A stretch of 64,000 nt of DNA from Thermoplasmatales archaeon I-plasma (GCA_001856825.1 ATMD01000004.1:426568-490567), one strand, 5' to 3'; shown: positions 1 through 8,591, counted from the first letter of the stretch. The notes: generated by a model from the letters alone, not told the origin. Translations and numbers: made by a program.

Positions 1-5
1 TTAAA

Positions 6-32
6 CTCTAACTCAGGCTGTTTTGCATAATA
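6..32. repeat. Left terminal inverted repeat of the IS
   Basis: 24/27 match to the reverse complement of 1490-1516. Confidence 0.8.
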
Positions 33-92
33 CGTTTTGATAGACCATTGATGCAACTGGCTTTAGTGCAAGAGTGTATTGCCTTATAAGAT

Positions 93-1514
93 ATGCAATT
101 ACATACCATGTCATATCCCGATTGGGTATTAAAGCAAAAGAGGAAGAGAACTCTAGTAATGAGGAGGGGAGAGAACTACTATCTCTATAGGGTAAGAAGT
201 GTGTGGGACAGGGAAAGGAAGAAAACGAGGCTGAAGACAGAGGAGTACCTGGGAAAGATCACGCCCGAAGGTCTCATAGAACCGAAGGTGAAGAGGGTGA
301 TGAAGCGTTATGACCAGATTACGGTGAAGGAGTACGGCTCCTCCTTCCTGTTGCAGCACATTTCCGAAGACATAGTGCAGTCGCTGGAGGAGTTCTTCCC
401 CGAATGGAAGGAGATATTCGTTTTCAGCTGCATGAGACTCATCCACAGGTCACCGATGAAGAACGTTGAATTCCACTACAGGTCTTCATTCCTATCGGAG
501 ACCATAAGGGATGCTCATGTCTCCCCTGACTCGCTGGGAGATATGCTGAGAAGCATAGGTATGGACAGGAGCTCCATCACAGGCTTCATGAAATCTTTCA
601 TGAGGGATGAGCGTTATCTCGCAGTTGACCTGACGCATATACTGAGCATGAGCGAGGGTGTCATATCCGCTACCCTCTGGCATAACAGCAAGGGCGAATA
701 TCTGCCGCAGATACAGCTTCTATTCCTCTTCTCAATAGGAAGGGATGCTCCTGCGTATTTCCGAATACTCCCTGGAGCAATAAACAGCGTTGCATCACTT
801 CGTGTCACAATGCAGGAATCAGGTGCTTCCAACATAGTATTGGTTGCAGATAGAGGATTCTATTCCTCAAAGAATGTGAAGGAATTAGATGACTTGGGCA
901 TATTCTTCATAATCCCTCTTAGAAGGAATTCGAAGCTGATAGACTATTCCATGGAGCAGAAAAGGCACTTCATGTTCCAGGACCATCCAATATTCTATTC
1001 CAGGTACCAAAGAAATGGAAGATATATGTTCACATTCCGTAACGATTTCCTCAAGGCAGAGGAGGAGAAGGACTATCTCAGGAGACATGAGAAAGGATCT
1101 GCTGCCTTCAGGCATATCAGCGGCAGGATGGGAACAATATCAGTCATCACCAATCTAAAAGCATCCGGAGAGATAGTATACCAGATGCTGAAGTCTAGAG
1201 CGGACATAGAGCAATGCTACGATACGTTCAAGAACACTATACATGCTGATCGCACATACATGAGGGACGACTACCAGCTGCAGGGATGGATGTTCGTGAA
1301 CTTTATAGTGCTGATCCTTCACTACAGAATATACAACATTCTCAAGGAGAAGGACATGCTGAAGAGATATTCACCTGAAGATGTGATAGAGCATCTGGAG
1401 AGGATAAGCATGCTGAAGATAGGCGATGAATGGAAAATATCCGAAATCCCCAAGAAATCACGAGACATCATTGATGAGCTGGCGATACCTATTATGCAAA
1501 AGAGCGGGAGTTAG
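93..1514 (+). CDS. DDE transposase, IS1634/IS4 group
   Basis: 473 aa. It has VADRGFYS (second-Asp region) and an R-x3-E-x6-K block (SRADIEQCYDTFK). The N-terminus YYLYRVRSVWDRERKKTRLKTEEYLGKI is typical of IS1634-type transposases. Family assignment is from memory of motifs, not a search. Confidence 0.85.
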   Translation: MQLHTMSYPDWVLKQKRKRTLVMRRGENYYLYRVRSVWDRERKKTRLKTEEYLGKITPEGLIEPKVKRVMKRYDQITVKEYGSSFLLQHISEDIVQSLEEFFPEWKEIFVFSCMRLIHRSPMKNVEFHYRSSFLSETIRDAHVSPDSLGDMLRSIGMDRSSITGFMKSFMRDERYLAVDLTHILSMSEGVISATLWHNSKGEYLPQIQLLFLFSIGRDAPAYFRILPGAINSVASLRVTMQESGASNIVLVADRGFYSSKNVKELDDLGIFFIIPLRRNSKLIDYSMEQKRHFMFQDHPIFYSRYQRNGRYMFTFRNDFLKAEEEKDYLRRHEKGSAAFRHISGRMGTISVITNLKASGEIVYQMLKSRADIEQCYDTFKNTIHADRTYMRDDYQLQGWMFVNFIVLILHYRIYNILKEKDMLKRYSPEDVIEHLERISMLKIGDEWKISEIPKKSRDIIDELAIPIMQKSGS

Positions 1515-1516
1515 AG
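1490..1516. repeat. Right terminal inverted repeat of the IS
   Basis: 24/27 match to the reverse complement of 6-32. Confidence 0.8.
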
Positions 1517-1557
1517 GTTAATAATATAAGTAAGGAAGGATACATGGAGGTCTACCC

Positions 1558-1731
1558 ATGAGATCAAGACAGTCAGTTGAAGAGAAGTTTGAGATAGTCA
1601 TGGAAGCACTAACAGAAAACACAACGCAGGCAGAGATATGCAGGAGGCATGGAATATTCCCGCCACATTCAATGAAATGGGAAGGAAGGTGTCTGAATAC
1701 TACAGAACGAGAAGGTTCAAACTTGATATAG
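1558..1731 (+). pseudogene. Truncated IS3/IS911-type transposase OrfA (HTH_Tnp_1-like) fragment, 57 codons
   Basis: Own translation from ATG 1558: MRSRQSVEEKFEIVMEALTENTTQAEICRRHGIFPPHSMKWEGR... This matches the classic pattern FS.EEK..IV.E.......AEICR.HGI....Y.W and then degenerates into a stop at 1729-1731. No OrfB follows. It is below the 60-aa cutoff of the ORF track. Confidence 0.5.
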
Positions 1732-1894
1732 TCCATTATCTATGTCCTTGACTATAGATAGAGGATCCTGCATTTCATAAAGGAGAGCCCAATCTTCAGA
1801 ATATGAATTAGATTGCTACTGGTGAACTAGACATTCGGGACTGGTCAGTTCACTACTCTTATATAACCTAATGAGATTTGTTAATTAGCTGTTG

Positions 1895-4621
1895 ATGAAA
1901 AACAACACCAAACTCAACATCCTGGTTATCATCGCAATAGTTGTGCTTCTGTTCGTATCCTCTTCGGCGAGTTCTTTGTCAGTGCAACCAGTCACTGATG
2001 ATTTTTCTAACGGTAGGTTGACGTCGCAGGAATTTCCATCTCATGGAAATTCGACATCCACAAGTTCAAATACATCTAATGAGGAAACACCTGCCAGAGT
2101 GATGCCTCTTTCTATCCCCAAGATAACTGGTAGCTCTTTCTCCTTAGAAGGTTATAGTTACTCCGATCCTTGGTATTCTTCGTACACTGAACCATCACCC
2201 ATGGGAATAGGGTTCATAGGACTAGAGCCCAATGGACAAGTCGGGCCAGAAGCACATGAATACAATTATTCGACTCCTTCACTCCTTGGGATAGCGAAAG
2301 TAAGCATGCTCTCAATCAATAAATCAGCCCCTCATGTAATGCCGGATCAAATGACATTCCAACTAAACGTCGTCCTTGGATTTTACAATGGAAATGCATC
2401 CTATAATTACTGGGTTCAAGATGTTGTAACTGTCAACACTTTAACCAATACACCCATAGTATTTGATAGCGAGATCTGGAATATTACCCTGAATAGCTCA
2501 GGGCTAGGACAAATGTTAAACTCTACCGTTATAGGGAACGGGTCGGTCAATGATGGTGTATACGGATTTGTCCCACAGAATATCGCGGGTGAGAGTGTTT
2601 CGCTAGCTTATCCCTATTGGCTGGAGTTCAAAGTAAATACAACTGTTAACTCTGAAGGCTATCCGGTTGTTAAATTTTATTATGATGATGAGTTTGGATG
2701 GATTGAGTACGATTCGGCTATTTTTGTTTTTGCAAAGAGCTTAGAAGGTCCTCCAGCGTTCGTCATTGGCGGCGCTGTTAGGAACGGCGAAAGAAGTAGT
2801 AGCCTCCTGTATGATGCTGGACTGGTACTTGCTGGGCCAGGTGGAGGAACAAATTCGTATCTTAAAGATTCCAACGTATCCCTTGAGTTAGAATACTGGA
2901 ATGGTCATAATTATCAAATGCCGCCTTTTGCCTACAACTTCGCTCCCGATACTGCTGAGGGTGTAGGTAACGCGAGTGTCAAACTAGAGCATTATGAAAA
3001 TAACGGATCTTTGGAGGCATCTGTAACCAATGGTCCAGGGGAGCCAGGTTTGCTTTATTATTTCGATAACGTATCTACTCTCGAAGTAAATTCACATCTG
3101 AATTCGGGAACTCTTTTCGTTAATAATACCCCTTATTACTTTGTAAACGGAACTGTCAATCTGACATTGATACCTTGCTATCCTGGGTACTATCGACTTC
3201 AGTTGTTCAACAACTCAGGACAGCTAGTATGGTCGACAAATGTTACATTATACCCAGGTCAGTTTATGAACATCTCCGCGACTAACCTAATTTCAGTGAG
3301 TAGCCCAACGTATTCAATGGACTTCAAAGAATCAGGGCTTCCAAATGGCAATTATTGGTCAGTAACCCTGATAGGAACAACTTCACTTAGACAACAGATA
3401 AGAGCTACTGCTTCTTCAACAACGAATTCGATTACATTTAATGAGCCAAATGGAACTTATTCATTCGTAGTGTCGAGCCCTATAGGAAATGACACTTCTA
3501 ACACAATTTATGCTGCCGGTCCAAAAATGGGAATACTTACCCTAAAAGGAGAACGAGTATTGACAGACGTTCACTATGAGACACAATATTATCTTGACAT
3601 AGCTTCTAGTCCACCAGGTGGAGGTACAGTGTCCCCAAGCAGTGGGTATTATAATGCATCATCTCATCTTACAATTCGCGCAACTCCTTCGCCAAATTAT
3701 GAATTCATTTATTGGGCGGGGGATATGCCTGAAACGTATAGTAAAGACTCCACCTTTGTAATAACAATGAACGCGCCGACATTCGAAACAGCTTATTTTG
3801 TGGAAGTTTATGAAGTAACATTTACCAGTTCTGGAATGCCCTTGGGAATCCCGTGGTACGTAAATTTGACAAGCCAGTCACCATCGGGGAAGATAACATC
3901 TTCATCCTGGTCCACATCCCTCCCCAATGGCACATATTCCTATTCAGTCTCAACAGGAAACAAGATATACAAACCCTCCTATCCAGGAACATTCACAGTC
4001 AACGGAGCTCCGGTATCACAGTCCATTGCATTCTCTGAAGTCACCTACACGGTTACTTTCTCTGAAAATGGGCTACTTTCTGGTTCTTCGTGGTCGGTAA
4101 CACTCAGTGGAAAGACCGAATCCTCAGTTGGAAACATCAGCTTTAGCATACCTAACGGGACCTATCCCTATTCGATTCCTTCAATCCCAGGATACTCAAT
4201 TGTCTCTGTGCTAGGATATAATGAATCGTCTGGTTATTTAACGGTGGATGGTTATAATTTGAGTTACCCGGTGACTTTCGTAAAGGTCACCAGCAAGGGC
4301 TTCTTAACCGGCAGTATTTATCCATTAAATGCATCTATCTGGATAAATGGAACAATCTACCACGCAGTTAACGGTCAGTTCAACATCTCCCTTAGCCCTG
4401 GGACTTATGAGATCAAAGTATCGGACCCCGGGTACTCCACCTATACTACGAACATAACTGTCTCGTCATCCTCTGTAAGCAGACTTCCAATACAAAGCCT
4501 TACAAAAGTTACCACGCCTTCCTCATTTTCATTCCTGCTGATTATTGTTATTGCAGTGATCATAATGGCAGTAGTCGTTGCTGCAGCTGTTTTGACCATA
4601 AACAGAAGAAAGAAATCGTGA
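1895..4621 (+). CDS. Membrane-anchored, heavily sequon-rich thermopsin-like (peptidase A5) acid protease fused to repeat modules
   Basis: The signal/TM is NILVIIAIVVLLFVSSSASS. Residues ~90-360 align by eye to Sulfolobus thermopsin landmarks recalled from memory: PSPMGIGFIGL~PAPAGIASFGL, FQLNVVL..YNYWVQDV~LQFNIVL..YAYWLQDV, YDAGLVLAGPGGG~YDAELVWGGGGNG, APDTAEG~GADTAEA. Three ~85-aa modules (F.ESGLP.G..WSVTL...PNGTYSY) follow, then a PEGA-like unit (GTYEIKVSDPGYSTY) and a C-terminal TM + RRKKS. About 34 N-x-S/T sequons by hand count. The track starts at TTG 1892; ATG is at 1895. Confidence 0.8.
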   Translation: MKNNTKLNILVIIAIVVLLFVSSSASSLSVQPVTDDFSNGRLTSQEFPSHGNSTSTSSNTSNEETPARVMPLSIPKITGSSFSLEGYSYSDPWYSSYTEPSPMGIGFIGLEPNGQVGPEAHEYNYSTPSLLGIAKVSMLSINKSAPHVMPDQMTFQLNVVLGFYNGNASYNYWVQDVVTVNTLTNTPIVFDSEIWNITLNSSGLGQMLNSTVIGNGSVNDGVYGFVPQNIAGESVSLAYPYWLEFKVNTTVNSEGYPVVKFYYDDEFGWIEYDSAIFVFAKSLEGPPAFVIGGAVRNGERSSSLLYDAGLVLAGPGGGTNSYLKDSNVSLELEYWNGHNYQMPPFAYNFAPDTAEGVGNASVKLEHYENNGSLEASVTNGPGEPGLLYYFDNVSTLEVNSHLNSGTLFVNNTPYYFVNGTVNLTLIPCYPGYYRLQLFNNSGQLVWSTNVTLYPGQFMNISATNLISVSSPTYSMDFKESGLPNGNYWSVTLIGTTSLRQQIRATASSTTNSITFNEPNGTYSFVVSSPIGNDTSNTIYAAGPKMGILTLKGERVLTDVHYETQYYLDIASSPPGGGTVSPSSGYYNASSHLTIRATPSPNYEFIYWAGDMPETYSKDSTFVITMNAPTFETAYFVEVYEVTFTSSGMPLGIPWYVNLTSQSPSGKITSSSWSTSLPNGTYSYSVSTGNKIYKPSYPGTFTVNGAPVSQSIAFSEVTYTVTFSENGLLSGSSWSVTLSGKTESSVGNISFSIPNGTYPYSIPSIPGYSIVSVLGYNESSGYLTVDGYNLSYPVTFVKVTSKGFLTGSIYPLNASIWINGTIYHAVNGQFNISLSPGTYEIKVSDPGYSTYTTNITVSSSSVSRLPIQSLTKVTTPSSFSFLLIIVIAVIIMAVVVAAAVLTINRRKKS
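4379..4543 (+). repeat. Dispersed direct repeat copy A (3' end of surface-protein gene)
   Basis: 136/165 nt identical (hand alignment, in frame) to 13869-14033. It includes a near-perfect run, accacgcctt.c.tcattttcattcctgctgatt. Confidence 0.8.
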
Positions 4622-4895
4622 CTTCCTTCAATTTTTCCTTCACTTCATTCTCTACGTTTTAACCCAAAATGGGGAGAAAACGGATGATAGATCAACAAAC
4701 ATTACACTTCAGAATTCAGAAAAACATTAAATTTCTCCCTGTTAAATGCAAAACATGAGAGAGCAAAACTCCTATCTGGTACGATTGAGGTAATGAGTGA
4801 TTATAGGTCTTATGACCTTCTGAGAAGGGTTTTCTGGGGCCCTTTATAGTGCAGAGAAAATTTGAATACGTAAAAGATTTATCTAAGTTGTAAGA

Positions 4896-7523
4896 ATGAT
4901 CAAACAAACAAATTTCAGTGTTTTGATAAAATTTCCAAAAGGTATTCCGCCAGTAACGACTGGTATTCTACTACCAGAAAAGCAACTTTTGGTTACGGGG
5001 CACCAAAATGGTTCGATTTTCATGTGGAACATGAAGAACGGACAATACAAGGAGAAACAAATATCTTCTTCAAAAGTTGAAACTATATCATTTTCTTCTA
5101 ATGAGAAATTATTAATTGGCTGCGAATTTGGAATTCTTGTAATCATAAGTGGCCCAGAATACGAATCAATAGAGTATTTGCTTAATGAAGGTGGAGGCCC
5201 ACATAACAGAGTATGGAGGGCAACTAGCCTAGATAATGATTCTGTCGTTTCTACTTCAACTTATGGTGGTATAAGGTTAATCAAAAAGATTAATAATGAA
5301 TGGGACAGGTCGAATCTACAGTCATCTCACTCTAACAGCATTTTTGGTTTAAGTAAAGTGGATAACCTACTGGGCTTCGGAGATTATAGAGGCCATGTAA
5401 CAATTTGGAAAATATCAAAGGGAGAGCTTACTGAATTACAACATCTTGGAGTAGTAGGACCTGTCGAAGATATAGCATGGAACAAAGATCTCTCTTTTGC
5501 TACTATCAATTATTTGGGGCATATTGATATATTTGAGAGAACAGGTCAAAACGAGTGGAATAACGTACTAGAGACAAATTTTGCAGAAAGCAAAGGTAAT
5601 TGTATACACTTTATGGAAGATGGAAATACTATCTTTGCTGGGACTTCAACACACATAATACAACTAGACGTGGGTTCACAGCAAGGTCAACTGATTAGTA
5701 TACGGGATACTAAGGCCATTTTCTCAAAGGGTAATACAATCTATGCTCTAACAAATGACGCTTTAATAACCTTTGAAAAGGGTCCAATAGAAGTCTCGAC
5801 TGACCAAATTAAATATCAATATTCTAAAATTAGTTTAATTGGTAGAACAGGTACTGGCAAAACTACTTTGTGTAGCCAAATAGCAAGTGCAAAAACAGAA
5901 GAAATAAAATCTACATATGGTAAACGCATATGGAACTGGATAATTCAAAGGAACGATGGTATTCCAGAAAGGAGACTTGTCCTTCATGACCACGGTGGAC
6001 AAGAAAGTTTGCTCGATACATTTCTTCCTTTTCTAGTAGACTCAGATATTATTTTGCTTCTTTTTAAAAAAACAGATCGAAAATCTTACGAAAAGGTCTC
6101 TAAAATTCTCAAAGAAATTAAATCTCTTGTCCCCTCAAAAACAAAAATTCTAATGGTTGAAACGTTCATCGATCACGGCGTTGATGATATTGACGAGGAA
6201 AGTATCAAACATTTGCTAAAAGATTCTCAAATTGATGAGTTAGTTAAGGTCTGCCCTTCTTCGGGCGATGGAGTAAAGGAACTCAAAGACATATTAGTTG
6301 AAATTATGCCTTGGCAAAACGCAAGAACAATGTTACAGTCTACATATGTACAAACATTAACAGATGTTATAAACGAATTGTATTCAAAAAACACGTCAAC
6401 TAGCTCCTTCTCAGAGTTCAAAGAGTATTATGAAACTAGGCAAAAGATATCCAGTGGTCATTTGAAATTTTTACTGGAGAACGCCAGTGTTCAAGGGCTA
6501 ATTGAGTTTTACCACGAGGCAGGAGATATTATCATTTTCAACGATGAGGAATACAACAAAATGAGAACGAACATCCCAATATTCGTAGAGAACCATGAGG
6601 GAATTGTTTCAATTGATCAATTACACAACAGATTTGGGCAATCAGTATTCGTAGATATTCTCGACACAATTTACTTGAAGTATGGAATATCCTATCAGAA
6701 CGGGAACTTAAGAATATTTCCCAGCAAATTGAAAAGTTCATCTATAAACATCCCTAAAGAGATTCAAACGCATCTTGAAACTCCAATGTTTACTGAAGAA
6801 TTGACTTTTGGATATCAAAACACAAATATAGATAAGATTGTGGAGGCATTATCTGATTTAAAACTTCAGTGTATTGATTTATCACAAAGTGAAGGCCTTT
6901 TTACATGGGAGAGAAATGCCTCAGTATACTTCCACATAGAGCTTCAGAAAGGAGCATTTGAGAAAGATCGATTAAGTATAACCTTAAGAATAGGGGGGAA
7001 TAATAAGAAGACGTGTGAGCGGCTCAAAATTGAATTTCCAAAAATTCTTTCCACCATCTATGGAGATCCTCTAATAGCAGAAGATATTAAAAAAAAATTG
7101 AACAAGAAGAAATTTGACGTAGCCTTATCATTTGCGGGTGAGCAAAGAGATTATGTTCGTCAAGTAGCAGATGAACTAGATAATATGGGAGTTAAAGTCT
7201 TCTATGACGAATTTTACGAATGGAAAATCTGGGGGAAGAATATGATAGAGTACTTTAGAAATATTTACTACAAAGATTCAGAATTCTGTATGATGTTCGT
7301 ATCCGAGAATTATGTAAATAAGGCGTGGCCAACTCACGAGCGACATAGTGCGATGGATAGACAGTTAGACGAATTTGGAAAGAATTACATTTTACCAGTT
7401 AAATTCGATTGTACCGAGGTCCCAGGTTTAAGTACTTCCGTTAAGTTTCTTGATGCTAACAAATTGACCCCTCAACAAATAGCTATGGATTTTTTCAAAA
7501 GATTTTATGATAGATCGTTATAA
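4896..7523 (+). CDS. WD40 beta-propeller - Roc GTPase - COR - TIR multidomain protein (ROCO-TIR), candidate defence sensor/effector
   Basis: 875 aa. WD40-like blades lie at aa ~20-300 (LLVTGHQNGSIFMWN, LLGFGDYRGHVTIWK, ATINYLGHIDIFE, IFAGTSTHIIQLD). The Roc GTPase spans aa 309-470: G1 GRTGTGKT (nt 5841-5864), G3 DHGGQE (nt 5988-6005), G4-like TFID, G5-like CPSSGDGV. The COR-like region spans aa 471-~725 (HLKFLLENASVQGLIEFYHEAGDIIIF, LRIFPSKL). The TIR domain spans aa 739-875 (FDVALSFAGEQRDYV...VFYD...FVSENYVNKAWPTHE), with Glu815 (nt 7338-7340) at the position of the TIR NADase catalytic Glu. Confidence 0.8.
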   Translation: MIKQTNFSVLIKFPKGIPPVTTGILLPEKQLLVTGHQNGSIFMWNMKNGQYKEKQISSSKVETISFSSNEKLLIGCEFGILVIISGPEYESIEYLLNEGGGPHNRVWRATSLDNDSVVSTSTYGGIRLIKKINNEWDRSNLQSSHSNSIFGLSKVDNLLGFGDYRGHVTIWKISKGELTELQHLGVVGPVEDIAWNKDLSFATINYLGHIDIFERTGQNEWNNVLETNFAESKGNCIHFMEDGNTIFAGTSTHIIQLDVGSQQGQLISIRDTKAIFSKGNTIYALTNDALITFEKGPIEVSTDQIKYQYSKISLIGRTGTGKTTLCSQIASAKTEEIKSTYGKRIWNWIIQRNDGIPERRLVLHDHGGQESLLDTFLPFLVDSDIILLLFKKTDRKSYEKVSKILKEIKSLVPSKTKILMVETFIDHGVDDIDEESIKHLLKDSQIDELVKVCPSSGDGVKELKDILVEIMPWQNARTMLQSTYVQTLTDVINELYSKNTSTSSFSEFKEYYETRQKISSGHLKFLLENASVQGLIEFYHEAGDIIIFNDEEYNKMRTNIPIFVENHEGIVSIDQLHNRFGQSVFVDILDTIYLKYGISYQNGNLRIFPSKLKSSSINIPKEIQTHLETPMFTEELTFGYQNTNIDKIVEALSDLKLQCIDLSQSEGLFTWERNASVYFHIELQKGAFEKDRLSITLRIGGNNKKTCERLKIEFPKILSTIYGDPLIAEDIKKKLNKKKFDVALSFAGEQRDYVRQVADELDNMGVKVFYDEFYEWKIWGKNMIEYFRNIYYKDSEFCMMFVSENYVNKAWPTHERHSAMDRQLDEFGKNYILPVKFDCTEVPGLSTSVKFLDANKLTPQQIAMDFFKRFYDRSL

Positions 7524-7715
7524 TTCTAGTGATTAATTTCTTCCTAAATAATTCGCCCGAAAGATCAGCTATGCTGTATCATGGCTATTACGTGAATAAA
7601 TTTTATTCTTCGCAAACCAATTAAAATGTCAGAATTATTAGAACCCCCTATAGTGAAACAGGAGCCAGAATAGGCATCAAAGCCAGAATATAATCATAAA
7701 ATGACTAGGGGCACT

Positions 7716-8162
7716 TTAAAAATTACGCTCTGCTGAGCAGAGAATACTAAGACTCCTTTCCATCAGTTCATCTGCCAGCTTGTCCAGCTCTGGTCCCTGG
7801 CGATATCGTCTCTTGAATTCATAAACGGCAAGTTCCTTCGAATAGAGCATGAGTATATAGCGCCATTTCCTCTTGTTCTCTTCCTCCACTCTCCTATAGT
7901 CTTCATTCCTAAGCTGGAAATTCCCCTTCCTGCCTCTATTGACTATTACATTAAACTCTACCACGCTTATATTTTGCGATCCATCACTAAATACGAGATC
8001 AGGAAGAAACCTTTTGCCTTCTTTACCCTTTCCTTCGTTTAGCAATCTTGTGTACCTGTTAACGTCATCTTTTCGCCGTTCGCCCTTTGGTTGCGAATAT
8101 GGGAAGTAGTCAACAAAAATAGTATCTCCATAGTATTTGTTTTTATCAATCAAAGCCGACAT
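7716..8162 (-). CDS. Hypothetical protein, basic, possible degenerate PD-(D/E)xK-like core
   Basis: 148-aa ORF convergent with the ROCO-TIR gene. I recognise no family. RFLPDLVF ... ISVVEFNVI loosely resembles nuclease motifs II/III, but the Lys is replaced by Asn. Coding status rests on ORF length and ordinary amino-acid composition only. Confidence 0.5.
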   Translation of the reverse strand: MSALIDKNKYYGDTIFVDYFPYSQPKGERRKDDVNRYTRLLNEGKGKEGKRFLPDLVFSDGSQNISVVEFNVIVNRGRKGNFQLRNEDYRRVEEENKRKWRYILMLYSKELAVYEFKRRYRQGPELDKLADELMERSLSILCSAERNF

Positions 8163-8569
8163 ACTTCAGGGACAAATTCTCTTTTACCACTGTAAATATC
8201 CTCATTTTCTAACGTATTTCTCTCTTTCCATTCAAAAAGCTTCCTTCTAAGGAAATCGGCAGCTGTTTCGCAACTTTCTTTCAAGTCACTTTCAAAATTA
8301 TAGCTTATATGTTGTTCTCCAATATCTCCTCAATCTTCTTCAGATGCTTTGCAACTTTCCCTGCCCTTTTTCTAGTAGCATACCCACCTAAAATAGCATA
8401 ATCTGTGCTTACCTAACTCTTGTTATCTGTTATCTACTCATTTCTCAAGGCATTGCTGGGAGAAGGCATTAATACCCCTCTTTGTTAATTTAACAAAAAG
8501 AATGTTAGAGTATATTGGATAAAAGATTTCATTCCGATGCACGCAGAGATGAGGGCTGTGTTCATAGGC

Positions 8570-8591
8570 TTCGCTTAAATATTTAAGCGAA
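8570..8591. repeat. Perfect 22-bp palindrome ttcgcttaaatatttaagcgaa
   Basis: Read directly; it is self-complementary over all 22 nt. It lies in a ~670-bp stretch (8163-8833) with no convincing ORF on either strand, downstream of the integrase gene. Confidence 0.7.

Larger units (their letters stand above)
6..1516 (+). mobile_element. Complete insertion sequence, IS1634/IS4-like (about 1.5 kb, one transposase gene, imperfect terminal inverted repeats)
   Basis: 6-32 ctctaactcaggctgttttgcataata matches the reverse complement of 1490-1516 (ctctaactcccgctcttttgcataata) at 24/27 positions. The repeats bracket ORF 93-1514, whose stop codon lies inside the right repeat. Only 5 nt of left flank are in the window, so a target-site duplication cannot be judged. 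Confidence 0.8.

Noticed and set aside
1518-1736. 72-aa minus-strand ORF next to the IS
   Set aside because: The opposite (+) strand encodes a recognisable HTH transposase OrfA fragment (1558-1731). The minus-strand product has no features.
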